Positions 23,831-48,700 of a stretch of 64,000 nucleotides of DNA are shown piece by piece; positions within the stretch are counted from its first letter, which is position 1; each line of letters begins with the position of its first letter. The stretch spans positions 448,001 through 512,000 of the forward strand of contig CBDBCZ010000017.1 of NCBI GenBank assembly GCA_965203295.1. The letters are read 5' to 3'. Source of the DNA: Nitrospirales bacterium (GTDB lineage: Bacteria > Nitrospirota > Nitrospiria > Nitrospirales > UBA8639). A program made the position numbers and the translations under genes. The notes beneath the pieces were generated by a model. The model saw nothing but the letters and a program-made list of their open reading frames with translations, was not told the DNA's origin and did no database searches.

Positions 23831-26345
23831 ATGGGAAATTGCTTTGGACTGGAGCCTGAAGTAGGAGTACCTCAGGAAGATGAGGTAAGAATTTTTGGTG
23901 TAGGTACACGTCAAGGGTCGCCTACAATCACTGGAGTGGACTGTACCTGCTGGGTAGCGCACTGAATTGGCGGACAGAACCAAAAGACTAGCCAAAACTG
24001 CTTTTCTCTACTACAGCTGCTGGGTAGTAGCTGCTTTCTTATTTAATTGACAGTACAGGAGTGTTCATCCCTTTTGACGCGTTCTGCATTGAAGTCATGA
24101 CCCATAGCTTGAGGATATACAGTAAAAGTAAACAGTCGCTTAAATTCTAGAAATTGTAGTATAGAGGTATTTTACAGCCATTTTGGCCAATCCAGGGGTC
24201 AAGTCTACCTGTCCACGTCACTACTGCAGTCCAACGATTGTAGGCTGCCATAGTTAAGTGTTACACTGTCCTATGCTTGTCACTAGACTAATTGGTTATG
24301 GCAAATACAGTGGAACACCTTCATTGTGGACGCATTGGTGACCTAGTGAAGTGTCCTGTATTAACTCATTTCAGGTTTAACATGCTATATATTTGAGACA
24401 TAGCAACGTGTCCTTTTTTCAGGAGTGTCCTTTAAGAGGGGCTCCACTGAATTCATTGTGTATATTGAAGAAAAGTATAGTGCTGTCTCATTGCTGTAAC
24501 CTTTGGGAACTAAGCACCATTTTCAAATTCCTGCTGTGGCTATAGAGTGCATGCTATATGGCCAGAAGTCCATCCATTCCTTCGAACACTTTTCCAGGGT
24601 GTTCGCAGACAGAGACAAGCTGAGGCAGCAGAGGCGAAAGGAGGTGAGTTGAAATTAATTAGGGGAATGAGAGAGCAGCTAAAACTGTGGAAAGAAAACT
24701 TTGGAATACATGTAGGGTTGTTTTAGTATAGATTCCCATAACGAACGAAAGGTTAGTTTCAGTGCCAACTAGAATGAAAAAGGGGTTACTAAAACACATT
24801 TGGTACTAGTTAATTGTGATGGGTAAAGGGGTTAATTTTGGTGGGAAAATGTTAGTTTTTTAGTTGTAATTTTTGAAGTTTTGGCTATAGTTAACTAAAT
24901 CTGTTTTTGCTCCCACTAAAACAATATTTGTTTTTAGGTTCGGTTAGCTATAACAACTGAAATTTTAGCAACAATTGTGTTGATTATGATGAGATCTGTA
25001 GCCTAGCTCGGGCCTGGGTACTGCTTTAATTCTGCTGGCTAGGAGTGGACTAAGTAAATCTTATTTTGGCAGGGAAGAGTATACAGAAACCGTAATGACC
25101 ACAGGAGTCCATAAAAATGTAAAGCTTCTAAACACTTTGTGCACCAGGACTACATGTACAATAGTGTTACCATAATATTATACAAAAACAAGGTAACTCT
25201 TAATTAATTAATGAATTAATTAATTAACATTTTTACCACTGTAGCCACTGTATGGCAGTAAGGAAGTATCGAAAAGCCTATACGGTATAATAATGCCTAA
25301 TATGAAAACTCCATAAAATTCACTCTCCCTAACTCTATGTGGGTGATGACTGATGAGTCGTCTTATTAACTCTCCACTGCCTGCACCTATACCTCGCTCT
25401 CTCCTTTGATAGCAAGAGGGGCGGGGCCTGAAGAACCCTGAGGCAGTTAAGGCCAAGCAAAAGAGGAAAGAGGAGGCAGAGAAGAGAGCGGGGAATGCTG
25501 GACGGGATTCAGAGGGACCTCTCAGAGTGAGAATAATTCAGACAATGGCATTGAGTGGTTTGCAGGAAATACACAAGAAGCTTCATTTGATAGACCACGC
25601 AAGCAGGAAGGGGGAGTGGTCTATCAAATGAAGCCGGAGTGGGTTTCCTGTATCCACGAAATGGCATCATCTAAGTGGCTTGTACTATATACCGTATAGC
25701 CGGAAAATTTGGCAAGGACTTTAATTTGGCGGTTTGGCGAATCGTAAAAAATCGCCAAATTAAATTCTCGCCAAATAAAATTCTTACACATTATGTAATA
25801 CGCAACACCCACGCGTGCATTCAGCTACAAGAAAGAAGTTGTTGTTCGCACTCCACGTACGTGTTTCCTCTCTGTCCGGGAGGGACATCGAACTCGTGAA
25901 CAAAGCTGTAAAGCGCCCTCTATCTGGAGACTTGAAGCCTGTTACACGGTCACCTCGAGGTAAGTAGCTATAACGCTTACGCGCAAGAAATGGCACAAAT
26001 TGGAAAGTATGCCGCTGACAACGGAGCGACAAAGGCCGCTACACACTTCTCGAAGCTTCTGGATAGTAAGATCGGCGAATCCAACGTCTCCATTGTCAAG
26101 CTCAGTGACAAAAAAAATTTCAGCAGCGTTGCACGTTGTGCGCCTACGCTCACTTAATTGGAGATTACGTCATAGCCTTCGCCGTACGCAATCGCCAAAT
26201 TTAAATTTCGCCAATATTTAATTTTAGCCGTTTTTGGCGATTTCGCCAAATTTAATTCTCGCCAAATTTTCCGGCTATACGGTACATCTCTTGAAGTTAA
26301 TATCTACTTTTCTTTTCTTTCCTTTTTCAGTGGACCGTTGACTGA
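23831..26345 (+). CDS. SVIP: Small VCP/p97-interacting protein-like gene (4 exons; apparent frameshift in exon 2)
   Basis: Exons: 23831-23884 (MGNCFGLEPEVGVPQEDE), 24598-24643 (GVRRQRQAEAAE...), 25413-25526 (QEGRGLKNPEAVKAKQKRKEEAEKRAGNAGRDSEGPLR), 26331-26345 (WTVD*). The N-terminal MGxC acylation motif, the R-x5-AA VIM-like motif and the C-terminal LRWTV match SVIP. All introns are GT-AG. Confidence 0.85.
25692..26282. mobile_element. Tc1/mariner-pogo-type MITE in SVIP intron 3
   Basis: TA-CCGTATAGCCGGAAAATTTGGC...GCCAAATTTTCCGGCTATACGG-TA with internal TTTGGCG/CGCCAAA repeats. Confidence 0.8.
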
Positions 26346-27296
26346 GTGACCTAACAGCTACGTAGCATTAATTATGTTCATTATATCATTGTGGAGTGCA
26401 TGGGTATTGTACGTGAACAAAAGATGACCTTTTTTAAAAATGTTTGCCCAAAAATGTATTTCATTTTATTCCCTCTTTCTGTTGCTGTTTTGTACTTATA
26501 CCAGCTGACTGTATGTACATGTAATGATGGAACACTCAAACTATGAGACTTGTGCAGACACTCAGAGGCTTCTTTGTTGTCATTATACTTGGGAGTGTAC
26601 CACTAAAAATGATGAAACTATAAGGAATGGTACCCCTAGCTGTGTTTTGTATTAGGCGGATGGATGGATGGACAGATAAATAAGTAGCTAGGTAGACAAA
26701 TGGATGAATAACTATGGTTATGTAGGAATGAATCGTTAGTAATTATGTTGTGCATTGTGTAACTCGTAATCTGTGTGGCATTATCCTTAACTCTAATTCA
26801 AACCAATGCAAAATGCTCCCATGAAAAATTAAAGTTGCCCCTAAAGGCTTCCTTATAGTGTACATGAAAGTCAATAGGCAAGGACTTATTTCATAGTGTT
26901 TTCTGGTGAATGTATGTCTGCGCTCCTGGGGCGTGTCTGATATACGCGAAGATACTCTTCTGCGCATGCGCAGTCTTGCATTAATTTTGGATTCGACAGC
27001 CGCCAGACCCGGCAGACCCTTTCTACCGTTTTTTGTTAGGGTCTGGGCATGCACGAGACTGCAAGAATTCACTGCCGCTGGTGATGACGCCTAGCTACAC
27101 ACTGACACACCTCGCGGGCAACTGGCCAGGTTTGGAATAATGAAGTCTTGGCATCTCAAGTCCAGAGTCAGTCTACATGTAAATGTCTGAGCAGACGGGG
27201 GCGCGGCTGAACCGCCCTCACTAATTAATATACATGTAACTGGCGTGCAATCGCTCAAAATTAATTTTTGATCGGCGTGTGTGTGTGTGCAAGTCG

Positions 27297-30200
27297 ATGG
27301 CACCCGCTCTCTTTGCGACCAGATGCAGCCGCAGCTCATTTGCAATTCTTCTGTCCAATCTGATCACGGCCAACGTTGTACTGTTCTACACCTTGCAGGC
27401 CACAATACCGCGTAAGCGCAGTGTATTGTACATGTATAATACTCTGTTGGAAAGACGGGCATACAATCTCGGTAAATGTAACACTGACAGTGTTTTTTTT
27501 TTGTGACTGGCTGTCAAGGAATAATCATTTGTAGGGTATTACACATACTAGAAAATGTAATAAGAATTCACAATCTATACAGCTGCAGTGCGTACATACA
27601 GTCATTAATTTTTCTAATAATAATTATTATGTCACATGTTTATTCTATAGATAGTAGAATAGTACAAGAAAAGATTATGTGTGTACATGTACATTATCAG
27701 ACAATCGCTCTGAACCAGTCAAGTAATTTAGTTCAATGTGAATGGTTATTGTAAAATCAGAAAAAGTACATACTTTTAACTATTTTATATGTGCCCTTGG
27801 CTGCATGCATGGGAAAGAGTTAACAGTCCCGGCTGCACGAGTATACGACTAAAAATAGCCCACAAGGCACTTCTATCTATAATTCTTCACATGCAACATG
27901 GCCTATTCTACACATGGAATGGGCTATGCAGAACACATTAATTAAAGTGGCTGTACTGCATTAAATAGCATTTAAAGACAAAATTTAGATCATGCAGATA
28001 ATGTGCAGGTTGAAAGTTACAGTGTGGTAGGTGAGCTCATTAATTGTCTTAATGTTTTCATAGTCAATAGCCAAGTTTCTCACAGCCAAACATAGTGTTG
28101 GTGTAGCATGGGAGAGGCAGGGTGTAACTTGGCAGGCCAGTATTAGACTACTAAGTACTATCATACTTAAATCATCCAGCTAGCTTTATATTATCTGTTA
28201 CGTCCACAACCTAGATTTTGCAAATCCATATATGTGCTACCCATTTGGCATGGATGCATGTAGAAAAGTACACGCACACATGGGGCTACATAATTATTGG
28301 CTGTCCTCACAGACTCATGCAAACTCCATGCAGCCTCTCCTAGTTCTTTTGGTAATGTACACACAAAAACACATGCTGTGTTCTGTGTTTGTCCTTTATA
28401 TTATTGGGCAAAGCCTGATTGCTACCCTTTAACACTCAAGTTTAAATCTCAATTTTGGAGGTACCCTAACCCATTACCAACCATAAGAAACAGCTTAAAG
28501 AAGCAGAAAGCCTGTACAAAGTATTATAACACCTAATATTAACACCCCATGTAAATTTATGTGGGCTTATGGGAGCTCATGACGCATATATATATGCTTC
28601 ATTGGTTGGTAAAAAATAACACCCAAGTTTAAATTTAAATTTTTTGAGTGGGTTACTTGTATGACAGAGTTGCTGGTTTGAATCTCACCATGCACCGGCC
28701 CTTTTTCTTTCAAGTTTTTTTTTCTTAGCTCATTAATTTTAATTGTGAATTACAAATGAAGAATAATCTCAAATACATGCAGCTCAGCCAGTGCCTGCTG
28801 TTTCAACCAAAAGATTCAGCATCATACGCCCTGCAACTCTCAACATTTCACCCTACCTGAGGCTCTTGGATCTCCTTGCCAGTTCTAGCTCCGATTCAAA
28901 TCTCCCAACCGTGTATGCCATAACTCCCACCTATGCTCGTCCGACGCAGAAAGCAGACCTCACCACCCTCTGCTACACATTTGCACAAGTACCGAAGCTG
29001 GTATGGATAGTCGTGGAAGACTCCAATGAAAAGACAAAGCTGGTATCGGGTCTGCTGGAGCGCTGCAATATCAAGAGTGTGCACTTAAACGTGAGGACAT
29101 CATACAAATACAGACATAAGAGGTGGTCTCCATACTCTTGGCTCTTTCCAGCAATACCAAAAGGAGTTGAACAGCGTAACGTAGCATTGGAATGGCTGAG
29201 AAAGCAGCGCACACTGATCAACGCAAGCGGCGTGGTCTACTTTGCGGACGATGACAACAAGTATGATGTAAGAGTATTTCAAAAAGTAAGTGCTAATAAT
29301 TACACGTGTACAGGACAGTACAAACTGGTCCATGCCCAATGATTCTGGCACCAACTGGTAAAAATCCCAATTCACGGGCGGCTTACGTATAAAGGTCACA
29401 TTCACAGTTACAAAGCCGCTTAGACACTATAAGTGTACAACGATGTCTCAAGTGCACCGTATTTTAAACACTTGTGCATATTATGCAATGTTGAATTGTT
29501 TTCGGCTATTGGTGCACTATGCATGCAACATGTATATGTACATTATCACAGTGTCCTTTTAGATAAATGTGGCTATCAGCCGTTTTAGCTCAAGAACAAT
29601 GAGAGTAAACCAGGCAGAATGTAGCTAGGGGATAAATTTATAAATCTGCTTGTTTTCCATGCAGATAAGGAAAACCCAACTCGTATCCGTCTTTCCTGTG
29701 GGGTTTACTGGTCTGTTGAAGTGGGCAGGTCCAATCTGTGAGAATGGGAAGGCTGTTAGATGGCATGTTGTTTGGCAACCAAACAGGTAATTACAGTGGG
29801 ACCCCTCTGTTGTGGAACCCCTCTTCTGTGAGTGTCGTGAGGGGTAAAGATTAATTAAGAAAGAATCTTTATTATTCCAGGAGTTTTCTTTAAGAGAGGT
29901 TCCACTGTATCACAAGTTTACTTAAAATAGGACATATACCATTACTTTTATTGTTGTAGTTAGCTAGTTAATTAAATCTGTTTTTACTCATACTATATAT
30001 AAAACACCTTTTTTAATAAAACCACTAATGAAGTTACAATGCTTATTGGAAATGATTAGATCAGGAGCTCACTATAGTACCTTCTAATCTTCTTACAATC
30101 TGGCCTACATGTACAGCTGATCGACCAGCTTCATGCCAGGCCAGGGTGTAGCTATACAAAGGACCTGTAACAGCTGAAGCTCATTTAGTAGGTCTGATGA

Positions 30201-31379
30201 AACCTCTTTACAGCCACTTAAGCTTATTGCTGGCAATTATCTGCTAATTAATTTTATGAGTCAAACAAGTATTGTATGTACAGCACTTGAGCGTACACAA
30301 CAGACCATCAAAGTAGTTATATCATATTTAGAGCACAAAAAAAGTAAATACGCAAAATGAAAAGTATATTACCTGTTAGCTACTAGCTATATCCTGAAAA
30401 ATGAGGATGAAATACATATTGGGGAAAGCTGTTTAAGGAGTAGCTATGCATGCCAGTCACAAGTAAATAACTTGAACATCACTGTATGTGTGTGTTCCTG
30501 TTTTTAAGATAGAGTACTGCCCTGAAAAATATGTTATGACTTGTGCATCAAGCAGTTAGCCATACAGAATACTAAACTTGGTTTCTTCTCTCAATCATAT
30601 AAAGTATTACATTTTTGTTTGGTTTTTCCACCAGGAAAGTGCCAATAGACATGGCTGGGTTTGCTTTGAACTTGGCCCAAGTGATGAAATCGGACGTGCA
30701 GTTTGGCGTGAATGTGAACGGGAAGGATTCGGCAAGTGGACAGCTAGAGACTGATTTTCTGGAGCACTTCACCACCAAAGACACAGTGGAGTGCAGAGGC
30801 TCTAATGAAGAGGTGAGAGTACTACTCTTAATTCTCATAGTGTGGGGAGGGTATAATGAACTAATAATAATAAAAAGAAAGTTGGAAGAAAGAATAAATC
30901 TTACATAGTTGAAAAAGAGAGTAGGAAGATCTTACATAGTTGGTACTCCTGCTGAAATCAGCATATTTTTCTGCACAAGTTAAATTAGTGCTAATTGCTA
31001 GGGTAAGGGTTGCTGGTGTAAAGGTTTTGTAAATATTTGCGGTACACATGCATGCAGGCGCTGCCCTTAGCTAGGAGTGGTTAATGATGAAAATTGATTC
31101 CGTCCAATTATTGACAGAAAATTACTAATAATAGTATCTTCAGGGTAATCTTGAGCTGGTGTAAGCTTGAGTTAAGATTACCTCAAAAACGCAGAAAATA
31201 TTATGATGAATAACAAGTTCATTATTAATTAATGCCTGAATACAGTACGTAACTTTCATCAGTATCCAATTCTCTCAATACTCTTCTCCCCCCAGATCTA
31301 TGTCTGGCACACAAGAACACAGATACCCGACTTTTCAAATGAAAAATGGGAAGCGTCAGATCCAAGAGTGGAGTATTAG
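27297..31379 (+). CDS. B3GAT3: GT43 galactosylgalactosylxylosylprotein 3-beta-glucuronosyltransferase (GlcAT-I-like), ~333 aa
   Basis: Exons 27297-27411 (signal anchor), 28783-29285, 29665-29786, 30635-30812 and 31296-31379, with compatible phases. Motifs: ITPTYAR, WIVVED, GVEQRNVAL, YFADDDNKY, VSVFPVG, PIDMAGFA, GQLETDFL (catalytic Glu) and VWHTRT. Exact orthology within the B3GAT family was not tested. Confidence 0.9.
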
Positions 31380-32589
31380 TGGGGGAGAAAATTACTTACT
31401 AGTACTATTTTTAATTATGTGGCCAATGAAGATATTATCATAAAACTCTATATTTGATTCTGTATACTGTGCGGTATCACACCCAGGCTGCATGTATATA
31501 GTTCTATATGGAAGGTCGATTGCATGCATGACCTGATCAACCATAATGTGATTATGGCAGACGACACATTGCAAGCTGCCAATGTTTACTTGTTATTTTT
31601 TTGTTCCACATTAGGTTACCTTGTGCACTTGCTCACCCAATTGGCTAAGCAAGTGGCTGCACGAGGGAATCTCTTGTAAAATTAACGTGGAGCAACCAAA
31701 TTATTATAATATACACAACTGTATTGTAAAAATGCTAACACTATCTAGCTACTATAGAAGGCTTGCAATGACAATTCTCAAATCTCAACCATCTGGACAT
31801 AGTGTGGTTTTAGCATGGCTTCAGATTATATATACGTATTTTCTTAAAAGGACTCTAGATCTGCTTACACATATCTGAGCTTGAAGAAGACTCAGTTGGG
31901 TGGAAAGGTCATGTGTAGTACTGGTCATGTGTGAAGTTTTATCAAACTATATAATTTTGGCAACCCCGAGACTATCAACATTCTCTGCATCTGCTGTTCA
32001 GCCATATTAAGTCTCTACTATTATAACGAGGGTGACTCTGTAGTGAGGCCATCCCCACCTCTAAGAAACACTACGACTTATTATCTTTAGTTTCAATAAT
32101 ATTGATTAAAACACTATAATAATCACGAGCACTGTTTTCACTTGTCTAGCTGCTAACCTCTCTGTTAGACTATAATAATATTATGTTTTCACATGCTGTA
32201 GTATTGCATGAGCGGGCCTACACTATAGCTTCATATAATACCCTTGCAGCTCCCAACATAATACACTCACAAAAAGAAAATGGACAAAGCTCCTTATAAT
32301 TTGCTGTGACCTAACCCTAACCCTAACCCTAACACCTAGCCCTTTTATCGGTGATTTTCAATAGCACAATTATAAACTTCTTTGAAGCAATACATGGTTT
32401 CGTGGGAGACAGGATTATTGTTATGTTTGGTGTGCCAGCATTTGGTGATATCATACATGTACTTGAAAAAAAAAAACAGCAGCTGACTGAATATGATCAC
32501 ATAATTGCTCAAAATAAAGTTTCTTTTTCGTGATTACAGCACAAAATAAGCAGTCAAGTAGTAGTAATAATTATGTGTTAGGCTGGTGG

Positions 32590-42693
<10,104 letters not shown>

Positions 42694-42872
42694 CTCCAGA
42701 TCCGATTGACGCACACGTACACAATATTACGTAAAATTACGTAAACAGTGACGTAAGTAGTTAAACCCAGGACGGAACGAAGGGCTTAGCATGGGACCAT
42801 GTGAGAATGGGATATGGGAAGCGGACCCAGAGCGTGCGCAGTACCAAAGGCCTAATATTGATTCCAGCCTTT

Positions 42873-43296
42873 GTAGATGTCCACGTCATCTCCCCGCTAC
42901 AGCAGTTGACCTTTGCTGAGGCATCCTCCATCCCAGGCCATGCACTACTGGTGGGGACTCGACGAAAGCTAGCCTCTAACCTGTCGGCCTGCCGGGCTAT
43001 GGGAGCCGAGTGCATCCCCTTAGTGGCAGAGACCTTGGGTGGTCTGTCAGAAGATGCCATCAGGGCCATTGGGCATGCCATTGGCATCCGCTCTTGTTCC
43101 CCCGACCCCTCCACCTCCACCAAGCACCTTTTCAGCAGGACCGCCATTGCCCTGTAGCTACACCGTCACCTGACTCTACCCCCTTCCCTTGACAGTGTAA
43201 TTTGACTGGTGTGTCCTAGCTGGGAACCTGTTTTTGCCTTGTGTCTGTGTATATTGTATAGTATTGTATTGTATTGTACTGTAGTGTATTGTATTA
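42873..43296 (+). mobile_element. 3' fragment of CRE-clade non-LTR retrotransposon (restriction-like endonuclease end plus GTATT-repeat tail)
   Basis: DVHVISPLQ...GHAL...RRKL...C...IPLVAETLGGLS...HLFSRTAIAL followed by (GTATT)n-like repeats. Confidence 0.65.
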
Positions 43297-44424
43297 CATA
43301 TCGTTTCGCGGTTTTTTTCATTGATTTTTAATATTACGTATATAGAGTGTACGTGCCATCCCTACCTAGTCTACCGACTCTCTGACACGGCAGGAGATCA
43401 GTTAGCGAAGTAGAAGCCATGCAGATGAACTGTCTCCCTGAGAGCTTGGACGATTGAAATTAACCTTCCCAGGAAATTTGATAGTAGCCAAGAATATTAA
43501 AATTAATGATAAGTTATAGTTACGGATTGTACGTACCTCCGCCCATTATTGGGCGTGATATGTGCTATTGGTGGGTACACAAAGGGACGGGCACACCTCA
43601 CTTAAACCCAAACCGGGAAACATCTTCACTCTGCAAACATGCAAACCAGCTGGCAGACAGTTGAGGTCAGGTAGCTAGCCAACTGGCTCAGAGAGTAAGC
43701 TCCTGCTATCTGTGAGGTACCAACCAGTCTCTCCCACCAGACAAATAAAGATGCGACCAGCTAGGCAGAGGGTAAGCCGCTGCTGGTTCAGAACGGCACC
43801 GCGAAAATTATACATGTAGGCTTGCGCGAAGTTCTGATACTGTAGTCACTATCAGGCCTCGAGTATGAATGCTATCACCTGGCATACATACATTTGTGTA
43901 GTGAGTGAGTTAATTATTCATTATATTTATGGTGCACGTGCAGGCAGCTAGTCTACACAGCTCTATATAATAGCTATCGAGCTAGATCCTCCCTCGCTCC
44001 CGGGATCCCCGCCGCAAAACGAGGAAGGGTACGGGTCTAGCTTATTCATGACTATAGCTGACCAATCAGATTTAGTAGCTGATTTCAGCCATTACAGCAC
44101 ACAGCTCAGATGCACGTGCATGGTGCGCCCTGCACGTACCTAGTACCTGTACCTGACGACATCGACAATACATGTATAATTATGTATGGTCCTAACGCGC
44201 GTGCTAAGTTGCTACAACAGCTGTGAACAAGATCTGAGACACGTCGCGCTCACTCAGGCTGACAGGTATGTATTCTACGTTGGATGTTTACTTCATTACC
44301 TTTTTGTATGTTACAGTATCGGTGCTTCATTTGGGCGAGTAATACTGTGCCGTATACAGACACTTCAACGTACATATAAATTACATGTATATATATATAT
44401 TATGCGCACTTGAAGCAAATGAAC

Positions 44425-45203
44425 TGTCACTGGAATTTTGGTCCTGGAAAAAATGGTCCTAGGACCAAAATTTCCGCTGGAAAAATTGGTCCCCCAGACT
44501 ATTTTTTCCGGCAAAATTGGTCCTACCCTGAAAATTTTGGTCCGCCCATCAAACTTCCAGCAGAGTTGGTCTTACCTTGAAAATTTGCTTATACATGACA
44601 TTGTATGTCGGTATGTATGTATGGCATAGTTAATATCAACCTTTAGTTTAACCATTAGGCAGTTTATTACAAAGGTATGAGACAGTGTCTCAGTCACAGG
44701 CACCGATATCCTACAAACTGATTCAGTATAGCTACACCGGGACTTTGTCTACTGACTGTAGAGTCGATTCTGTGGCAAATCTCAATCAGCTTGCATGCTG
44801 TATATGGAATCATTGACATCTTCCTTCTCTCGAAGCAGTTCCACAGATGGTGAAGCATTTTCTCTTGGTCGAAGTGGTACTGACCTGGGAGCTACAAAAT
44901 GTATAGATCTAGCTATACGCTCACGGCATGCTTACGACGAAGCTATTGACGGTAGGCGTAGGCTATGACAACAAACAAGCCAATACAATATACTCAATCA
45001 TGTAGCCATCCACCTTAGTGTAGTAGTTCACTCTATCAAGCGTTAAATACAGTAGCAGGCAGAATTCGCTTATGGCGCAGGTCGGATCATTATTTTCACG
45101 GGGGGACCAAAATTTTCAGGAAAAAATGGTCCGCCCGGACCGATATTCCGGAAATTTTGGTCCCCCGGACCAATTTTTCCGCCGGACCAAAATTTCCGTG
45201 ACA
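44425..45203. mobile_element. Non-autonomous Ginger-like element (TGT...ACA termini, 4-bp TSD GAAC)
   Basis: GAAC-TGTCACTGGAATTTTGGTCC...GGACCAAAATTTCCGTGACA-GAAC. The paralogous empty site at ~51289 has a single GAAC. Confidence 0.75.
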
Positions 45204-45797
45204 GAACTTATACAATATGTACGTAGTTTTACGTGCGTGATTGCGCGGAACCTAATGTTTTAGAGGTTTGTATCCGGTAAATCGGTTATGACAACTTATA
45301 GCCATTAGTGACACAGCAAGCATGTGATGTAAAGTATTGCATGGATGAAACGTGTCTAGATTTAATAGGCGCTCTGTATGCATTATCACACATCTCTTCT
45401 CAGTAAGAAGAGATGCAGGTGTAATTAACGTTCACATTGAATAGTTGCAGGTGGTCATGCCTGGGAGCTATTATGCTACACAACAATAGCCATGTACTAG
45501 TCAACAGGTTTACATGTCTGTCATGTAGCAACCTCAATGCCTATACAATTTCACAGTTGTACAAGTGTAATGGAAGCTGTAGCTCAAAAGATAATGCTCC
45601 CCATAGATATACTGCCTTAGCACTAGCGCTAGCGCTATACCTCTGCATCTTAGCACTTCTTGCATGCAGTAATTACTATGATAGCTTAGCAGCTAGCTAT
45701 AACGAGAGTATATGCCAGTGTTATATGAACTTTTATAGATCTACAATTTAGCTATAAATATTACAGTAGCTGGCTAACAACTCTCATGCAGGTGCTG

Positions 45798-48700
45798 ATG
45801 AAACTACAAGGCTTAATGGCTGTCTTATCAGCTTTGCTGATATTAATTTTCCTTGGCTTCACCTGGATACCATCAAAGAAAAGACCAATTGCAACTCAGG
45901 GCAGATTTCATCCATCATACAAAGCAGGTATTATTATTGTGCTGTGATAACAATTTTTTAAAGTATAATAAAGGCAAAGCCCGTTTTATTAAACTCTACT
46001 GACTGTGTCCTTCACGATGGGGGAAGAAATTGTATAGTCTTTTGCTTATAGTATAGATTTTGCATTGTTAAATTTACACTCATGAACTCCTCTTGGTAAG
46101 GAAAATGTATGCGTGCATGATTCTGGGATATCTATAATAGCCGTGAAAGCTATAGCATCTGTATGAACACAGAATCTGGTAACCAATTTTACACATGTAC
46201 AGTGGAACCTCCCATAACATACCCTCCCACCAGCAGACAACCTCTCTATTAGGACAGCAGCTGTGGCACTGAGTGAAATTACTATAATACTAGTTTAAGA
46301 AACCTCCCACGAGCAGACGCTTCTTGATTCCGGACAGCGGACAGACTGCATGCTCCGGACTGCAAAAATCTGTTAAAAACTGCCTCTCAAATAGGAAGCC
46401 ACACCCATCGTTCGTGCATAAACAAAACCACACCCCATCCTTCATGCATAATACTTGATACGTATTAGCTAGTTGATCTAGATCTAGTCCCTTAGTTAGA
46501 CGTGCTGACCAGTCGTTTGGCTTCCAGCGAGGCTACTAAGAGTCTTGTTCCTTGAGCTTTTCTATGCAGGGCTTGGGCCAGTAGAGTGAGTACACACATA
46601 CGGTATCTTGAGTCCATATCCATATGCTGTCTGCAAGTGTAGAGATGTTGCCACAGTTCAAACCACTCTGGACAATTACTTTGGTCAATACTGACGTCGT
46701 GTCCCTCGTATTTGTTATACCACTCAATGTTAATGTTGTCCCTGGGGGGGGAGGGGGGGGGGGGGGCAGTGATTACAAGAATTATTACGTTCTCAACAGC
46801 ATAGTAATGTATTCCTGGTAGATACGGACATGCTTTATGCTTTAATACATGTTTGGTAGGCATTCGAGTGCTCGATGTGGCTAGAAATAGCAAATTGAGT
46901 CGAATCTCCCACCAGAGGACATGCAACGTCCGTATATATAAAGACAGAAGCCTTGCTCCCAAAGTGTCCGTTATTCGGAGGTTCCACTGTACATACGCTG
47001 CTTTTGTTTCTGAGCATAACGGTAAGGTTTGGATGTTTTTCTTTTCAACCATGCATGGCCAGGAAGTGTATTATACCACCTCCATCATAGCAGGTGCAAT
47101 GATATACATCACTGAATTATACATGCACTTGAATGGACCATAGATACTACTATCTATGATTGGACATGGTTCATAATTATAGTGTATTAATAATTTTGAT
47201 GATTTGATGTCATGCACTTGCATATAATGCATAAATGTAGCTTTATTGTTTTGTACACAAACGCACATGAATAAACACATCCTTCCTTAATTAGCTCTCC
47301 CATCAGAAAACACACAAAATTCGTCCAATGGAAGCACACTGATCGTGAGTCAGACACTGGTCAACAACTCTACCACTGCTCACAGCCTCAGAAATATATT
47401 CAATATTCCTTTCATGGGAAACTACAACTGTAGTGATGACATTTGTTCTCAGTTTCTGAAATCTGCTGGAAAATACAAATGTGAGGCCAAGCTTCAGATC
47501 CTTTTGAATATTGAAAAGCTTCAAAGGAACAATGGAAGCTGCCATTTCATGAATGGATCTCATCGAGCGCCAGTTGGATTGATCAGCTTACCTGGCAGTG
47601 GCAACACATGGGTGAGAGGCCTACTGGAGCAAGCAACTGGCATATGTACAGGTGAGGCAGGGATGTGGGAAGAGTAATTATTACAGACCTGACAACTATG
47701 AACTGCATGCATGCTTACACACTCAGTGTTAATTTAGAGGCTCCCCCCTCCAACCCTCTTCCCCAAACTCATACTTCCTGGTAGCAACGAGCCTTTTCCT
47801 GAACTTTTGAACTTACCCCTAGGCTTCCCAAACTTGAGAATATGTATTGTAATTGCTGCGCAAATATACTTGTAAGATGTCACGTGGTACTGGTAGTCTC
47901 GGCCCCAGACCCTCCCTGCACTCGCACTTCCTTCCGTTTTTTTTTATGAGTGCAGGGAGGGTTTGGGACCGAGACTAGTGGTACTGGAAACCATACCCAG
48001 GAAACATGTATAATATTCATGCACACAGCTCAGCATTAATTGTGAGAACATAAACATATGTCAAAGCATGTATTAGGCTCTTGTGTAGAGACAAAGCACT
48101 AAATCCATAACAATCATATGTTTCTTGAAGTAGCACAAATGCAGCATGTATTGGGGAAGTGGTTACTCTTCTGTGCTGCTGTATTCACGATCAAAATTGA
48201 TATGCATACCATAATCGACAATCTCCCGAGATTGTGCCTCTACATCACTCCGTGCAAAATCTGGATTACTAGTATAAACATAAAACTGTTCTACTGCCTC
48301 TGCAATAAATTTTTCCATGTGATCTAGAACAACCTCCAATGCTTCTTCTGTGCAGCCACATGGCACGGCAGTGTTCTCACCAGGATTGACGGTCTGAAGG
48401 GCACATTTTAGCGGATCAGCTGCATGTGCACGCAGCGCGGAAAAATGTTTACCCTATTTACCCTGTAAAATGTTACTGCTGTCAGCATTTCTACATTAAT
48501 TTATTTAGTCAGACCAGTCAGACAGTTCAAGTGGTGTTAAAACACCAGGAGTAGTTCAAGTGGCTGCAAAAACACCAAAGGGCATATTTTGGTTTTGCGG
48601 CAGCCCCAAAGGGCACTGTGCCCTTTGGTATAGGCCTAGTGAGAACACTGTGGCACGGGTCACTGCATGAGGTCACAGGGTTAGCAACTTGAGGTTGTCG

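Noticed and set aside
26961..26972. Perfect NRF1 site upstream of the GT43 gene
   Set aside because: It lies beside a degenerate MITE end and the same motif occurs inside a mobile element at ~19948, so function cannot be supported.
32310..32332. (CCCTAA)4 telomere-like repeat
   Set aside because: Too short; such tracts are common in interspersed repeats and there is no sign of a chromosome end or fusion.
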